Part shown: piece after piece, positions 56,151-64,000 of the stretch
Numbering within the stretch: the stretch's first letter is position 1
Layout of the letters: every line of letters begins with the position of its first letter
NCBI GenBank assembly: GCA_021782995.1
Contig: JAJXUI010000006.1
Coordinates: 16,395 to 80,394 of the forward strand
From: Pseudomonadota bacterium
Lineage (GTDB): Bacteria > Pseudomonadota > Gammaproteobacteria > Burkholderiales > Gallionellaceae
Length of the DNA stretch: 64,000 nt
Direction of reading: 5' to 3'
Notes under the pieces: generated by a model
The model's input: only the letters and a program-made list of their open reading frames with translations
The model's database searches: none
Told to the model about the DNA's origin: nothing
Made by a program: the position numbers and the translations under genes

Positions 56151-57632
56151 ATGAATGATTTTGAAGGATTGCAGCCATCGCTGGTCTGGGGTCATTTTGC
56201 AACGCTGTGTAATATTCCGCGCCCGTCTTATAAGGAGCAGGCCTTGCGCGAACATCTTTGGGATTGGGCGCGTGCGAGGGAGATCGGGGCTGAGGTGGAT
56301 GCCGCAGGCAACCTGATTCTGAAAAAACCGGGCAGCAAAGGATATGAAAACGCACCCGGAGTCATCCTGCAGGGGCATCTGGATATGGTATGCCAGGCAA
56401 ATGCCGGCACGGTGCATGATTTTGAGCGTGACCCGATTCAGACAGTCGTGCACGATGGCTGGGTCGTGGCGGAAAACACCACGCTGGGCGCGGATAATGG
56501 CGTGGGCGTTGCGCTGGCGCTGGCAGCCCTGGAAGCGCGGGATCTCAGGCATCCGCCGCTGGAAGTGCTGTTGACGGTCAATGAGGAGTGCGGCATGGAT
56601 GGTGCGCGCGGCCTTCAACCAGGTACCTTGCTGGGCAAGACCCTGATCAATCTGGATACCGAGGAGTGGGGCCATTTCTATCTGGGTTGCGCGGGCGGGG
56701 TGGATGTCGAGGTGCGCCATGCATGCGCAATGGAAGTGGTACCACCTGGTTATGTGATGATGCGGTTCGAGGTGTCCGGCCTGCGTGGCGGCCATTCCGG
56801 TATTGATATTCATCTCGGCCGGGGCAATGCAATCAAATTGCTGGCCGAAGCATTGCGTGACCTGGCAGCCCATACCGATGTGCGGCTGTTGACAATGCAA
56901 GGCGGGAGCGCACGTAACGCAATTCCGCGTGAGGCAGTTGCGGTCTGTGCGCTGCGAGCGGATGCGGTAACTCAGCTGGATCCATGGGTGATGCACCGGC
57001 TGGAGAACTGGCGCAGACGTTTTTCGGATGTTGATTCAGGCGTGATGTTTCGCTGCAGGATGGAAAATGTGCATGAAGGACAGGCTGTCACAGTAAAGGA
57101 TCGTGATGTCATGCTGGCATTTCTCGATACGTGCACCAATGGCGTGACCTTGTTGAGCGAGGATTTTACCGGGGTGACCGATACTTCCAGCAATCTTGGC
57201 GTAGTGCAGTTGCAGGAGGGGAGTTTCAGCGCAACATTCAAGGTGCGGTCCCTGCGTGATGCCGAAGCCGGAATACTGGCTGAAAAACTGGTCGCGCATG
57301 CGGGAGTATATGCTTTAAAGGCATGGAAAGACGGTGCTTATCCAGGTTGGACGCCCAACCCGTATTCCGGACTGCTGGCGTTATGCCAGCAGGTTTATAC
57401 GGGCCAATATGGCAAGCCGGCCAGCCTGCAAGTGATACATGCGGGTTTGGAGTGTGGCCTGCTTGCCGCAAGCCATCCGCATCTTGACATGATTTCTTTC
57501 GGGCCTGACATACGCGGAGCCCATGCACCGGGAGAAAAGGTTGAAGTGGCATCTGTCGCACGTTGCTGGACGTTGTTGTGTGCGGTGCTGGATGCACTGG
57601 CTGTTCGGGAGGTCTCCCCGGATGAAGCTTGA
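56151..57632 (+). CDS. pepD: Aminoacyl-histidine (Xaa-His) dipeptidase PepD, M20 family
   Basis: LQPSLVWGHFATLCNIPRPSYKE.., ILQGHLDMVCQ, TLGADNGVGVA, NEECGMDGA. Confidence 0.9.
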   Translation: MNDFEGLQPSLVWGHFATLCNIPRPSYKEQALREHLWDWARAREIGAEVDAAGNLILKKPGSKGYENAPGVILQGHLDMVCQANAGTVHDFERDPIQTVVHDGWVVAENTTLGADNGVGVALALAALEARDLRHPPLEVLLTVNEECGMDGARGLQPGTLLGKTLINLDTEEWGHFYLGCAGGVDVEVRHACAMEVVPPGYVMMRFEVSGLRGGHSGIDIHLGRGNAIKLLAEALRDLAAHTDVRLLTMQGGSARNAIPREAVAVCALRADAVTQLDPWVMHRLENWRRRFSDVDSGVMFRCRMENVHEGQAVTVKDRDVMLAFLDTCTNGVTLLSEDFTGVTDTSSNLGVVQLQEGSFSATFKVRSLRDAEAGILAEKLVAHAGVYALKAWKDGAYPGWTPNPYSGLLALCQQVYTGQYGKPASLQVIHAGLECGLLAASHPHLDMISFGPDIRGAHAPGEKVEVASVARCWTLLCAVLDALAVREVSPDEA

Positions 57633-57960
57633 GGCTGCGCTGCGTCATTGGGGAACCCCTGAATTTGAAGGTGTCCTGAAGCAGGAAATTGCTCAGGCAG
57701 CAGATGAACTGCCTTTGCAGCAAGCATTGGCATATGGCAGCCATGTTCTGGATGCGCCGGTAACGGTCTTGATCAATCGCATTACCGAGATGAATGGTCT
57801 TATCGAAATACATGCGGGTGTATTTTTCCAGAGCATCATTGCCGGCTGCAGCTGCACGGATGATCCGACACCGCAGAATGAGCTTGCGGAATATTGTGAT
57901 GTGTCACTGATCCTGGATATGGGCAGTGCATTGGCATCGGTGCACCTGATGTCCGGGTAA
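57622..57960 (+). CDS. Hypothetical protein
   Basis: 112 aa. The ATG overlaps the pepD 3' end by 11 nt. No recognisable motif. Confidence 0.45.
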   Translation: MKLEAALRHWGTPEFEGVLKQEIAQAADELPLQQALAYGSHVLDAPVTVLINRITEMNGLIEIHAGVFFQSIIAGCSCTDDPTPQNELAEYCDVSLILDMGSALASVHLMSG

Positions 57961-58060
57961 CACCGTTGTATCGAGCATCCTGATGCAACAAGCCATATAC
58001 ACGCAATGCTCCTTAAGTTTCCGATAAATGGTATAAGGCCTTGCGTTATTATGTAACTAT

Positions 58061-58073
58061 TTGAATTATTTAT
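58061..58073 (+). repeat. TGAAT-core AT-rich intergenic motif
   Basis: TTGAATTATTTAT, identical to 16170-16182. Followed by TTGGGGTGCAG at about 58094. Confidence 0.55.
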
Positions 58074-58200
58074 ATTAAATATAATCGAGATAATTGGGGT
58101 GCAGCGTTGGCTGATAGTTTGTCCATCCGGAATGCATTCGCAATGAAGCAAAACATTTCCTTCTTCTGTAATATTCGATATAGCAATCAACAAGATATTA

Positions 58201-59562
58201 GTGGATGATGATATTCTGTTGATAAAAACGAATTCTGCAAATCACTGGGGGAAGCCTTCAAAGATGTATGAGACGCAAATAGATCCCAATACGGGGTTTC
58301 TTGATCGATACAGCAGTCTGGATCTGGTATCAGGGATGTTGGAGCAGGGTCAACAAGGTAGCGACAAGATGGCTATCCTCTGGTTGGATCTTGATCGTTT
58401 CAAACATTTGAATGAATCATTCGGATATGAGGGTGGCGACAGCATACTTGCAATCCTGGCTGACCGGATTCGTGAAAAAGTCGGCGAAGGCATGCTGGTA
58501 GGGCGGGTAGGTGTCGATGAGTTCATGGTGATCGTGACCGGCAAGGATGAGGAGCAGATTGAGCTGATCGCGGTAGAGCTGATGCAGGCTGTCGAGGAGC
58601 CGCTGAACATGGGTGATTTCCGCATCAGGCTCACTGCCAGCATAGGCATTGCCATACTGGAGTCTGAAGAGAGTGCGGCAGAATTGCTGGAGCGCGCTGA
58701 CTGGGCAAAAAATACCGCAAAAAAACAGGGTGGACACCGCTATGTCATCTCAGGCCATGAACTGGTGCCCAGTCATATGGGCATCATTCAGGCCAGGGAA
58801 GACCTGGAGGTGGAGTACCTGCTGCATACTGCACTGGATAATGGCGGATTGCAGCTGCATTATCAGCCTATACTCAGCCTGAACGGCAAAGTGGTGTCGG
58901 TGGAAGCGCTGATGCGCTGCAACGTGAATGGCAAGAGCCTTGCTCCTGGACGATTTTTCCCGGTAGCGGAAAAGAGTGGCCTGATTTCACGTCTGGGTGA
59001 GTGGAGCCTGATACAGGGCACACGCCAGGCGCGCAGCCTGGCCAATGCCGGGTTGAGCACTACGGTGTCCATCAATGTTTCTCGCGGGCAACTGTCAGAC
59101 AGGAATTTTGCCCAGTCATTGAACAACGCAATCATCCTGGCCAATGTGGCCCCAAATTTGATCGACATAGAATTTTCCGAATCGGTTTTCATGGATGAAA
59201 GCGACATTATCCAGTCCAATCTGCGTGTAGCACGGGAAATCGGGGTGGGCCTGGTCATCGATAATTTTGGAAGTGGCTATTCGTGTCTGGCCAGTATCAA
59301 GGATATGCCGGCGACGAAAATCAAGCTGGGACGTCAGCTTAATATCGGACTGGCGGAAGATTATCGTTCACGGGCTGTTGTCAAGTCACTGGTCAGCATG
59401 GGCAAGGATCTGGGCATGGAAGTGATTGCTGAGGGCGTGGAAACAAGGGAGCAGCTTGAAGCGCTCAAGGAGTTGTCTGTTGATGGGATACAGGGCTATT
59501 ATTACGCAAGGCCGATGGACGAAGACAAGCTGGCTATCTGGCTGACGGAGAGGGAGCATTAA
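58201..59562 (+). CDS. GGDEF(degenerate)-EAL protein, probable c-di-GMP phosphodiesterase
   Basis: GGDEF site reads GVDEF (GRVGVDEFMV). EAL intact (VSVEALMR, DNFGSGYS, EGVET). Alternative start ATG 58267. Confidence 0.85.
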   Translation: MDDDILLIKTNSANHWGKPSKMYETQIDPNTGFLDRYSSLDLVSGMLEQGQQGSDKMAILWLDLDRFKHLNESFGYEGGDSILAILADRIREKVGEGMLVGRVGVDEFMVIVTGKDEEQIELIAVELMQAVEEPLNMGDFRIRLTASIGIAILESEESAAELLERADWAKNTAKKQGGHRYVISGHELVPSHMGIIQAREDLEVEYLLHTALDNGGLQLHYQPILSLNGKVVSVEALMRCNVNGKSLAPGRFFPVAEKSGLISRLGEWSLIQGTRQARSLANAGLSTTVSINVSRGQLSDRNFAQSLNNAIILANVAPNLIDIEFSESVFMDESDIIQSNLRVAREIGVGLVIDNFGSGYSCLASIKDMPATKIKLGRQLNIGLAEDYRSRAVVKSLVSMGKDLGMEVIAEGVETREQLEALKELSVDGIQGYYYARPMDEDKLAIWLTEREH

Positions 59563-60455
59563 TGAGCAATGATATCAAATCACTGGATAGTGACCCGTCT
59601 GGCAGAGTTCAAGGCCTGCTTGAAAGTGCATTGAATGAAACCGGTATTCCATCACGCCCTGCCATTCTTGATCGCGTTCATGTTGAAATGGAGAAAGCCG
59701 AACCTGACCTGAACCTGCTCGCACGTATCATCAGTGCCGATGTGGCATTGGCAGGTGGCCTGATCTCGATCGCCAATTCGCCTTATTTCGGGTTTCATGC
59801 ACGTGTGCGTTCAGTCAATGAAGCGTTGATGATTCTGGGCCTGGACGTGGCCTGCCGCGCAATAGCAGGCCTTATCCTGCGCAAACTGTTCCCTGTCACG
59901 CTGGCTCTGGAGCGGTTCTGGGATGCCTCAGCCAGCATTGCCCGCCTGTCAGGCTGGCTGGCCCAGCATCCCGATATTTCCGTGCGTGTCCATGCCAATG
60001 ATGCTTATACGTTCGGGCTGTTCCGCGATGCGGGAATTGCGGTGCTGCTTAACCGCTTCCCGTATTACAGTGATGTGTTGAACAAAGCCAATGAAGAAAA
60101 GGAATTGGGCTTTACCGAAGTAGAGGAAATCCAGTGTCCGACCAATCATGCCGTGATAGGCAGCCTGCTGGCACAAAGCTGGTGGTTGCCAGAGGAAATC
60201 AGTACGGCAATCCGCCTGCATCATGATTATGCGATCCTGAGCAAGAATGACTCATCACTGGTGCATCCGGCCACCCGCGGCCTGATTGCCATCGCACAGT
60301 TTGCCGAGCATATTTTCCAGCATCACACGGGGCTCAGCAAGACGCAGGAATGGCAGAAATCCGGGGAGCTATGTCTGGAATTGCTTGGATTTGATGAAGT
60401 GCAGCTTCAGGGGCTATATGAGGAAAGTGCACCTGTACTGGCAAAATTTGAATAA
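59562..60455 (+). CDS. HDOD-domain protein
   Basis: LNLLARIISADVALAGGLISIANSPYFG...VNEALMILGLD... and HHDY. The start overlaps the stop of the upstream EAL gene. Confidence 0.8.
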   Translation: MSNDIKSLDSDPSGRVQGLLESALNETGIPSRPAILDRVHVEMEKAEPDLNLLARIISADVALAGGLISIANSPYFGFHARVRSVNEALMILGLDVACRAIAGLILRKLFPVTLALERFWDASASIARLSGWLAQHPDISVRVHANDAYTFGLFRDAGIAVLLNRFPYYSDVLNKANEEKELGFTEVEEIQCPTNHAVIGSLLAQSWWLPEEISTAIRLHHDYAILSKNDSSLVHPATRGLIAIAQFAEHIFQHHTGLSKTQEWQKSGELCLELLGFDEVQLQGLYEESAPVLAKFE

Positions 60456-60483
60456 ATGGCCATTTCCCATTTGCACTGGTTTC

Positions 60484-61203
60484 TCAGTGCAGGACAGTCC
60501 ACTTCCTGAAGTACGTTGTCATGATGTCCTGCATATCCGTACCGTATGACGGTTTTTGCGATTGCTTCAGTCCCTCCTCAAAAAACTCCGGGCAATCTTC
60601 TGGCAAATAATGCCCAAGTGAGTCGAATGCTTGCTCCATCAGCGCCCTGTCCAGTGTGCGCGTCGCGACAATGGCAAAATTTAAGTTCAACATGCGCCAG
60701 GGACGGTTGGGATCGCTCTTGTCCTGATCATTTTTCAGTTCTTCTGCAGTATGGCGAATGACATCCTTGATCACATGAAACAGCGCTGTCAGCAGCGCGG
60801 TATCTGTGGTCTGGTTGGCCTTGTTGGCCAGAAGATTTCCAACTGCCTCCAGGCTGCGGATTTCACCTTTCTGGCGTATCACCCAGTGTGTTACCGACAG
60901 GGCAATTTCTTCCAGCAATGCAGCCTCGTCCGGAAGTGACAGTTCTTCAGCCCAATATGCGAGGTCGGCCAGGCAGTTGATGGTTTGCTCACCGATCAGG
61001 CTGATATTGTCGCGATTAAGTGAAATATTCGGGTTGGGCGAGTTGCCGATCTTTTGATGAATGATGAAAAACTGATCCACTGTGTCTATCAATTCGTCTG
61101 GAGTAGCTTCCAGAACTGGGGGTTTGCCTTGTTGTTGCCAGGTGTCGCGAACAACATTGCTGGCCTCAGAAAATATTTTCTTTAATTCTTCATGATTAGT
61201 CAT
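60484..61203 (-). CDS. Hypothetical protein
   Basis: About 240 aa from MTNHEELKKIF. No recognisable motif. Confidence 0.45.
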   Translation of the reverse strand: MTNHEELKKIFSEASNVVRDTWQQQGKPPVLEATPDELIDTVDQFFIIHQKIGNSPNPNISLNRDNISLIGEQTINCLADLAYWAEELSLPDEAALLEEIALSVTHWVIRQKGEIRSLEAVGNLLANKANQTTDTALLTALFHVIKDVIRHTAEELKNDQDKSDPNRPWRMLNLNFAIVATRTLDRALMEQAFDSLGHYLPEDCPEFFEEGLKQSQKPSYGTDMQDIMTTYFRKWTVLH

Positions 61204-61410
61204 GGTGTCTGCCAGATGAGCTGCATGGATTTTTATAACTATATCCCAAATCAATAAGTGATAAACCTGTTTGACAGGTGAGGAGCGCGCATGATTTGCG
61301 TACAGCAAGGTACGCCTCTCAACAGTCTGGCCGGCAGCAAGATGTCTCATTGAAAGAGGTGGAGAAAATGTGAGTCTGCAGCATGCGCAATTACGTTTAA
61401 TTATATCCTG

Positions 61411-61423
61411 TTGAATTAATTAT
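61411..61423 (+). repeat. TGAAT-core AT-rich intergenic motif
   Basis: TTGAATTAATTAT (compare TTGAATTAATTAA at 5923-5935). Confidence 0.5.
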
Positions 61424-61458
61424 CATATTTGTAGTTTTCAGGAAAATTTCCAGGCGTG

Positions 61459-61487
61459 CTTGAAAAAATTCAAGTTACCCCCATTTA
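61459..61487 (+). promoter_or_regulatory. Sigma-32 (RpoH) heat-shock promoter of htpG
   Basis: CTTGAAA 61459-61465, 13-nt spacer, CCCCATTT 61479-61486. About 35 nt upstream of the htpG ATG. Confidence 0.75.
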
Positions 61488-61521
61488 GCGTGCGTTGATT
61501 GAAATAACCACGGAGAACAAC

Positions 61522-63426
61522 ATGAGCGATACTTCTACAAATAACCGCGAGACCATGGGATTTCAGACAGAGGTCAAACAGCTTCTGCACCTGATGATCC
61601 ACTCCCTGTATTCCAACCGCGAAATCTTCCTGCGCGAACTGATTTCCAATGCCTCCGACGCCTGCGACAAGCTGCGCTTTGAGGCACTGCACAATGCCGC
61701 CCTGTTCGAGAATGACTCCGAGCTGAAAATCAGCGTGGACTACGACAAGGGCGCACGTACGCTGACCATCAGCGACAACGGCATCGGCATGAGTCGCGAG
61801 GAAGTGATCAGCAACCTCGGCACCATCGCCAAATCCGGCACCCGCGAATTTTTCTCGAAACTTTCCGGTGACCAGCAGAAAGATGCCAACCTGATCGGCC
61901 AGTTTGGCGTGGGTTTCTACTCTGCATTCATTGTGGCCGACAGGGTCACCGTACTAACCCGTCGTGCCGGTGAGAAGACAGATCAGGGCGTACGCTGGGA
62001 GTCTGAAGGCGCTGGGGAGTTTTCAATTGAAATGACCGAGAAACAGGATCGCGGTACGCAGATTACCCTGCATCTGCGCGAAGAGCAGGATGACTTGCTG
62101 TCCGGATCCCGCCTGCGCGGCATCATCCATAAATACTCCGATCATATCGTGCAGCCGGTGGTAATGAAGAAGGAAGAGTGGAAAGAGGGTGGGCAGGAGA
62201 AGCTGGATGAAGACGAAACCGTCAATCAGGCCGTGGCCATCTGGGCGCGTGCCAAAAATGAAATCAATGACGATGAGTACAAGGCTTTCTACAAGCATGT
62301 AGGCCATGATTTCGAGGACCCGCTGACCTGGGTGCATGCCCGCGTGGAAGGCCGCCAGGAGTATGCCCAGCTGTTGTATGTGCCGGGCCGCGCACCATTC
62401 GACATGTGGGATCGTGAAGCCATGCATGGCGTCAAGCTCTATGTGCGCCGAGTATTCATCATGGATGATGCAGCACAATTGATGCCGCACTACCTGCGTT
62501 TCATCCGCGGCGTGGTCGATTCCAGCAATCTGCCGTTGAACGTATCGCGTGAAATCCTGCAGGAGTCTAAGGATATAGAGGCGATCCGTGCCGGTTGCAC
62601 GAAGAAGGTGCTGGGCATGCTGGAGGACCTTGCAAAAAATGACACCGAAAAATATTCAAAATTCTGGAAAGAGTTCGGCAAGGTGCTGAAAGAGGGCGTG
62701 GGAGAGGATTTTGCCAACAAGGAAAAAATTGCCGGCCTGCTGCGGATCGCTTCCACCCATGCCGATACCGATGCTCAGGTGGTATCGCTGGCAGACTATA
62801 TCGGTCGCATGAAGGATGGCCAGGACAAGATTTACTACATTACGGCCGATACCTTTAATGCAGCAAAGAACAGCCCGCATCTGGAGGTGTTCCGCAAGAA
62901 AGGCATCGAGGTATTGCTGCTGACAGATCGAGTGGATGAATGGGTAGTCAGCAACCTTGCGGAATTCCAGGGCAAGAAGCTCGTTTCCGTGGCCAAGGGT
63001 GGACTGGACTTGGGCTCGCTGGAAGATGAAACCGAGAAAAAAGAGCAGGCCAGGGAGGCGGATGATTTCAAGGAGCTGACCGACAAGATCAAGACCAGCC
63101 TGCAGGATAAAGTGAAGGAAGTGCGAGTCACGCACCGCTTGACCGATTCCCCGGCATGTCTGGTGGCGGATGAGCATGACATGAATGCCAATCTGGCCCG
63201 ATTGCTGAAGGCCTCCGGCCAGAGTGTGCCGATGTCACAGCCTATCCTTGAAATCAATCCGCGCCATCCGGTTGTAATGCGACTGAAATATGAAGAACAG
63301 AAATTTGATGAATGGACCGCAGTGCTGTTCGATCAGGCCTTGCTGGCGGAAGGTGGCCAGCTGGATGACCCGGCAAGTTTTGTGAAACGCATCAACCAGC
63401 TGATGCTGGAAATGTCTGGCAAATAG
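61522..63426 (+). CDS. htpG: Molecular chaperone HtpG (Hsp90)
   Basis: [59 protein letters not shown]. Full Hsp90 length. Confidence 0.95.
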   Translation: MSDTSTNNRETMGFQTEVKQLLHLMIHSLYSNREIFLRELISNASDACDKLRFEALHNAALFENDSELKISVDYDKGARTLTISDNGIGMSREEVISNLGTIAKSGTREFFSKLSGDQQKDANLIGQFGVGFYSAFIVADRVTVLTRRAGEKTDQGVRWESEGAGEFSIEMTEKQDRGTQITLHLREEQDDLLSGSRLRGIIHKYSDHIVQPVVMKKEEWKEGGQEKLDEDETVNQAVAIWARAKNEINDDEYKAFYKHVGHDFEDPLTWVHARVEGRQEYAQLLYVPGRAPFDMWDREAMHGVKLYVRRVFIMDDAAQLMPHYLRFIRGVVDSSNLPLNVSREILQESKDIEAIRAGCTKKVLGMLEDLAKNDTEKYSKFWKEFGKVLKEGVGEDFANKEKIAGLLRIASTHADTDAQVVSLADYIGRMKDGQDKIYYITADTFNAAKNSPHLEVFRKKGIEVLLLTDRVDEWVVSNLAEFQGKKLVSVAKGGLDLGSLEDETEKKEQAREADDFKELTDKIKTSLQDKVKEVRVTHRLTDSPACLVADEHDMNANLARLLKASGQSVPMSQPILEINPRHPVVMRLKYEEQKFDEWTAVLFDQALLAEGGQLDDPASFVKRINQLMLEMSGK

Positions 63427-63447
63427 TCATCGCTGCAGTTAAACAGA

Positions 63448-63474
63448 AAGGGACTTCATCGAAGTCCCTTTTTT
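63448..63474 (+). terminator. Rho-independent terminator after htpG
   Basis: AAGGGACTTC-atc-GAAGTCCCTT followed by TTTT. Confidence 0.8.
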
Positions 63475-63484
63475 GTGCGGCATA

Positions 63485-64000
63485 TCAGGTGATATCCAGT
63501 GGCTGTGATTGAACCTTGAAGGGCGGGGTTTCCAGCGGTTGCTTGGTTTGCCCTGCATATACTGTCATATGCGGGAAAGGAATTTCTATGCCTGCTGCAT
63601 CAAATGCATTCTTGATGCGGTACAGGTAAGCGCGTTTTACCCCCCATTGTTCCAGCGGCATTACCTTGAAGCGGCAGCGTATCGTGACTGCGGAGTCGCC
63701 CAGTTCATCTACACCTGCTATATCGAGGTCTTCAATGATTTTGCCGGAAAAATCCGGGTCGGCACGCAGTTCCGCGCCTACCTTGCGCATCACGGCATAG
63801 ACTTCATCAATATTTTCACGGTAGGCAACACCGACATTGATCACGGCAAAGGAATGGTCTCGCGAGCGATTGGTAACGGTGGTGATGCTGCCGTTAGGGA
63901 TGAAATGCACACTGCCTTCATAGTCTCGCAATTTGACGTGACGCAAGGTGACCTCTTCCACCAGGCCGCCTTTTTCGGCAATCTGCACGACTTCTCCGTG
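63485..64000 (-). CDS. MscS-family mechanosensitive channel, C-terminal part (5' end beyond the window)
   Basis: GGLVEEVTLRHVKLRDYEGSVHFIPNGSITTVTN.. and IEIPFPHMTVY are typical of the MscS beta/C-terminal domains. The frame is open to the window edge. Confidence 0.8.
   Translation of the reverse strand, partial: HGEVVQIAEKGGLVEEVTLRHVKLRDYEGSVHFIPNGSITTVTNRSRDHSFAVINVGVAYRENIDEVYAVMRKVGAELRADPDFSGKIIEDLDIAGVDELGDSAVTIRCRFKVMPLEQWGVKRAYLYRIKNAFDAAGIEIPFPHMTVYAGQTKQPLETPPFKVQSQPLDIT

Noticed and set aside
55887-56996. 369-aa ORF on the minus strand
   Set aside because: It is antisense to the strongly supported pepD gene. Its His/Arg/Cys/Gln-rich composition is typical of the shadow frame of a GC-rich gene. 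It has no motifs.
4298-61423. A CRISPR array or tandem-repeat locus formed by the recurring AT-rich motifs
   Set aside because: The copies are kilobases apart and separated by genes, not regularly spaced with short spacers. No cas genes are present.
1-64000. tRNA, rRNA, transposase or integrase genes
   Set aside because: I saw no T-arm GGTTCGAATCC-like tRNA signature, no rRNA-like sequence and no transposase or integrase motif on either strand. This was a by-eye scan only, so tRNAscan-SE or Infernal would be decisive.

Overview
The window looks like a chromosomal segment from a moderately GC-rich Gram-negative bacterium. The proteins have a betaproteobacterial feel, but that is inference and I cannot verify it here. 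I call about 60 protein genes and found no rRNA, tRNA, CRISPR array, transposase or integrase by eye.

Confidently recognised genes are ettA, a cspA-infA pair, rsgA, rsuA, napAB, mrcB (PBP1b), a mlaF-like ATPase, pepD and htpG. There is also a partial MscS-family gene at the right edge.

The rest is rich in signalling and envelope genes:
- three GGDEF/EAL proteins and an HDOD protein;
- two cNMP-binding proteins that lack an HTH domain, and a stand-alone Aer-type PAS protein;
- an ECF sigma/anti-sigma pair downstream of a VWA lipoprotein;
- FapA and a YjfB-like gene behind a consensus sigma-28 promoter.

The most unusual region is an AT-rich islet at about 2.1-6.0 kb, between ettA and a signal-peptidase paralog. 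It holds a solo 660-aa GHKL ATPase with a possible C-terminal nuclease-like module, which I treat as a candidate single-gene defence protein. It also holds higBA, a zeta-like kinase with an unlisted 51-codon coupled ORF, and flanking 23-nt direct repeats.

Other points worth follow-up:
- a DnaA-box cluster at the left edge;
- two near-identical periplasmic phytochelatin-synthase-like paralogs bracketing a tripartite ABC exporter and a transglutaminase fusion protein;
- a minimal napAB locus with no napC or napD;
- a PBP1b gene coupled to an LpoP-like lipoprotein;
- a dispersed family of short AT-rich intergenic elements (GGGGTCAGG box, AAAATAATATAAT 13-mer, TGAAT core).

All family assignments come from reading motifs by eye. 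No database search was run.
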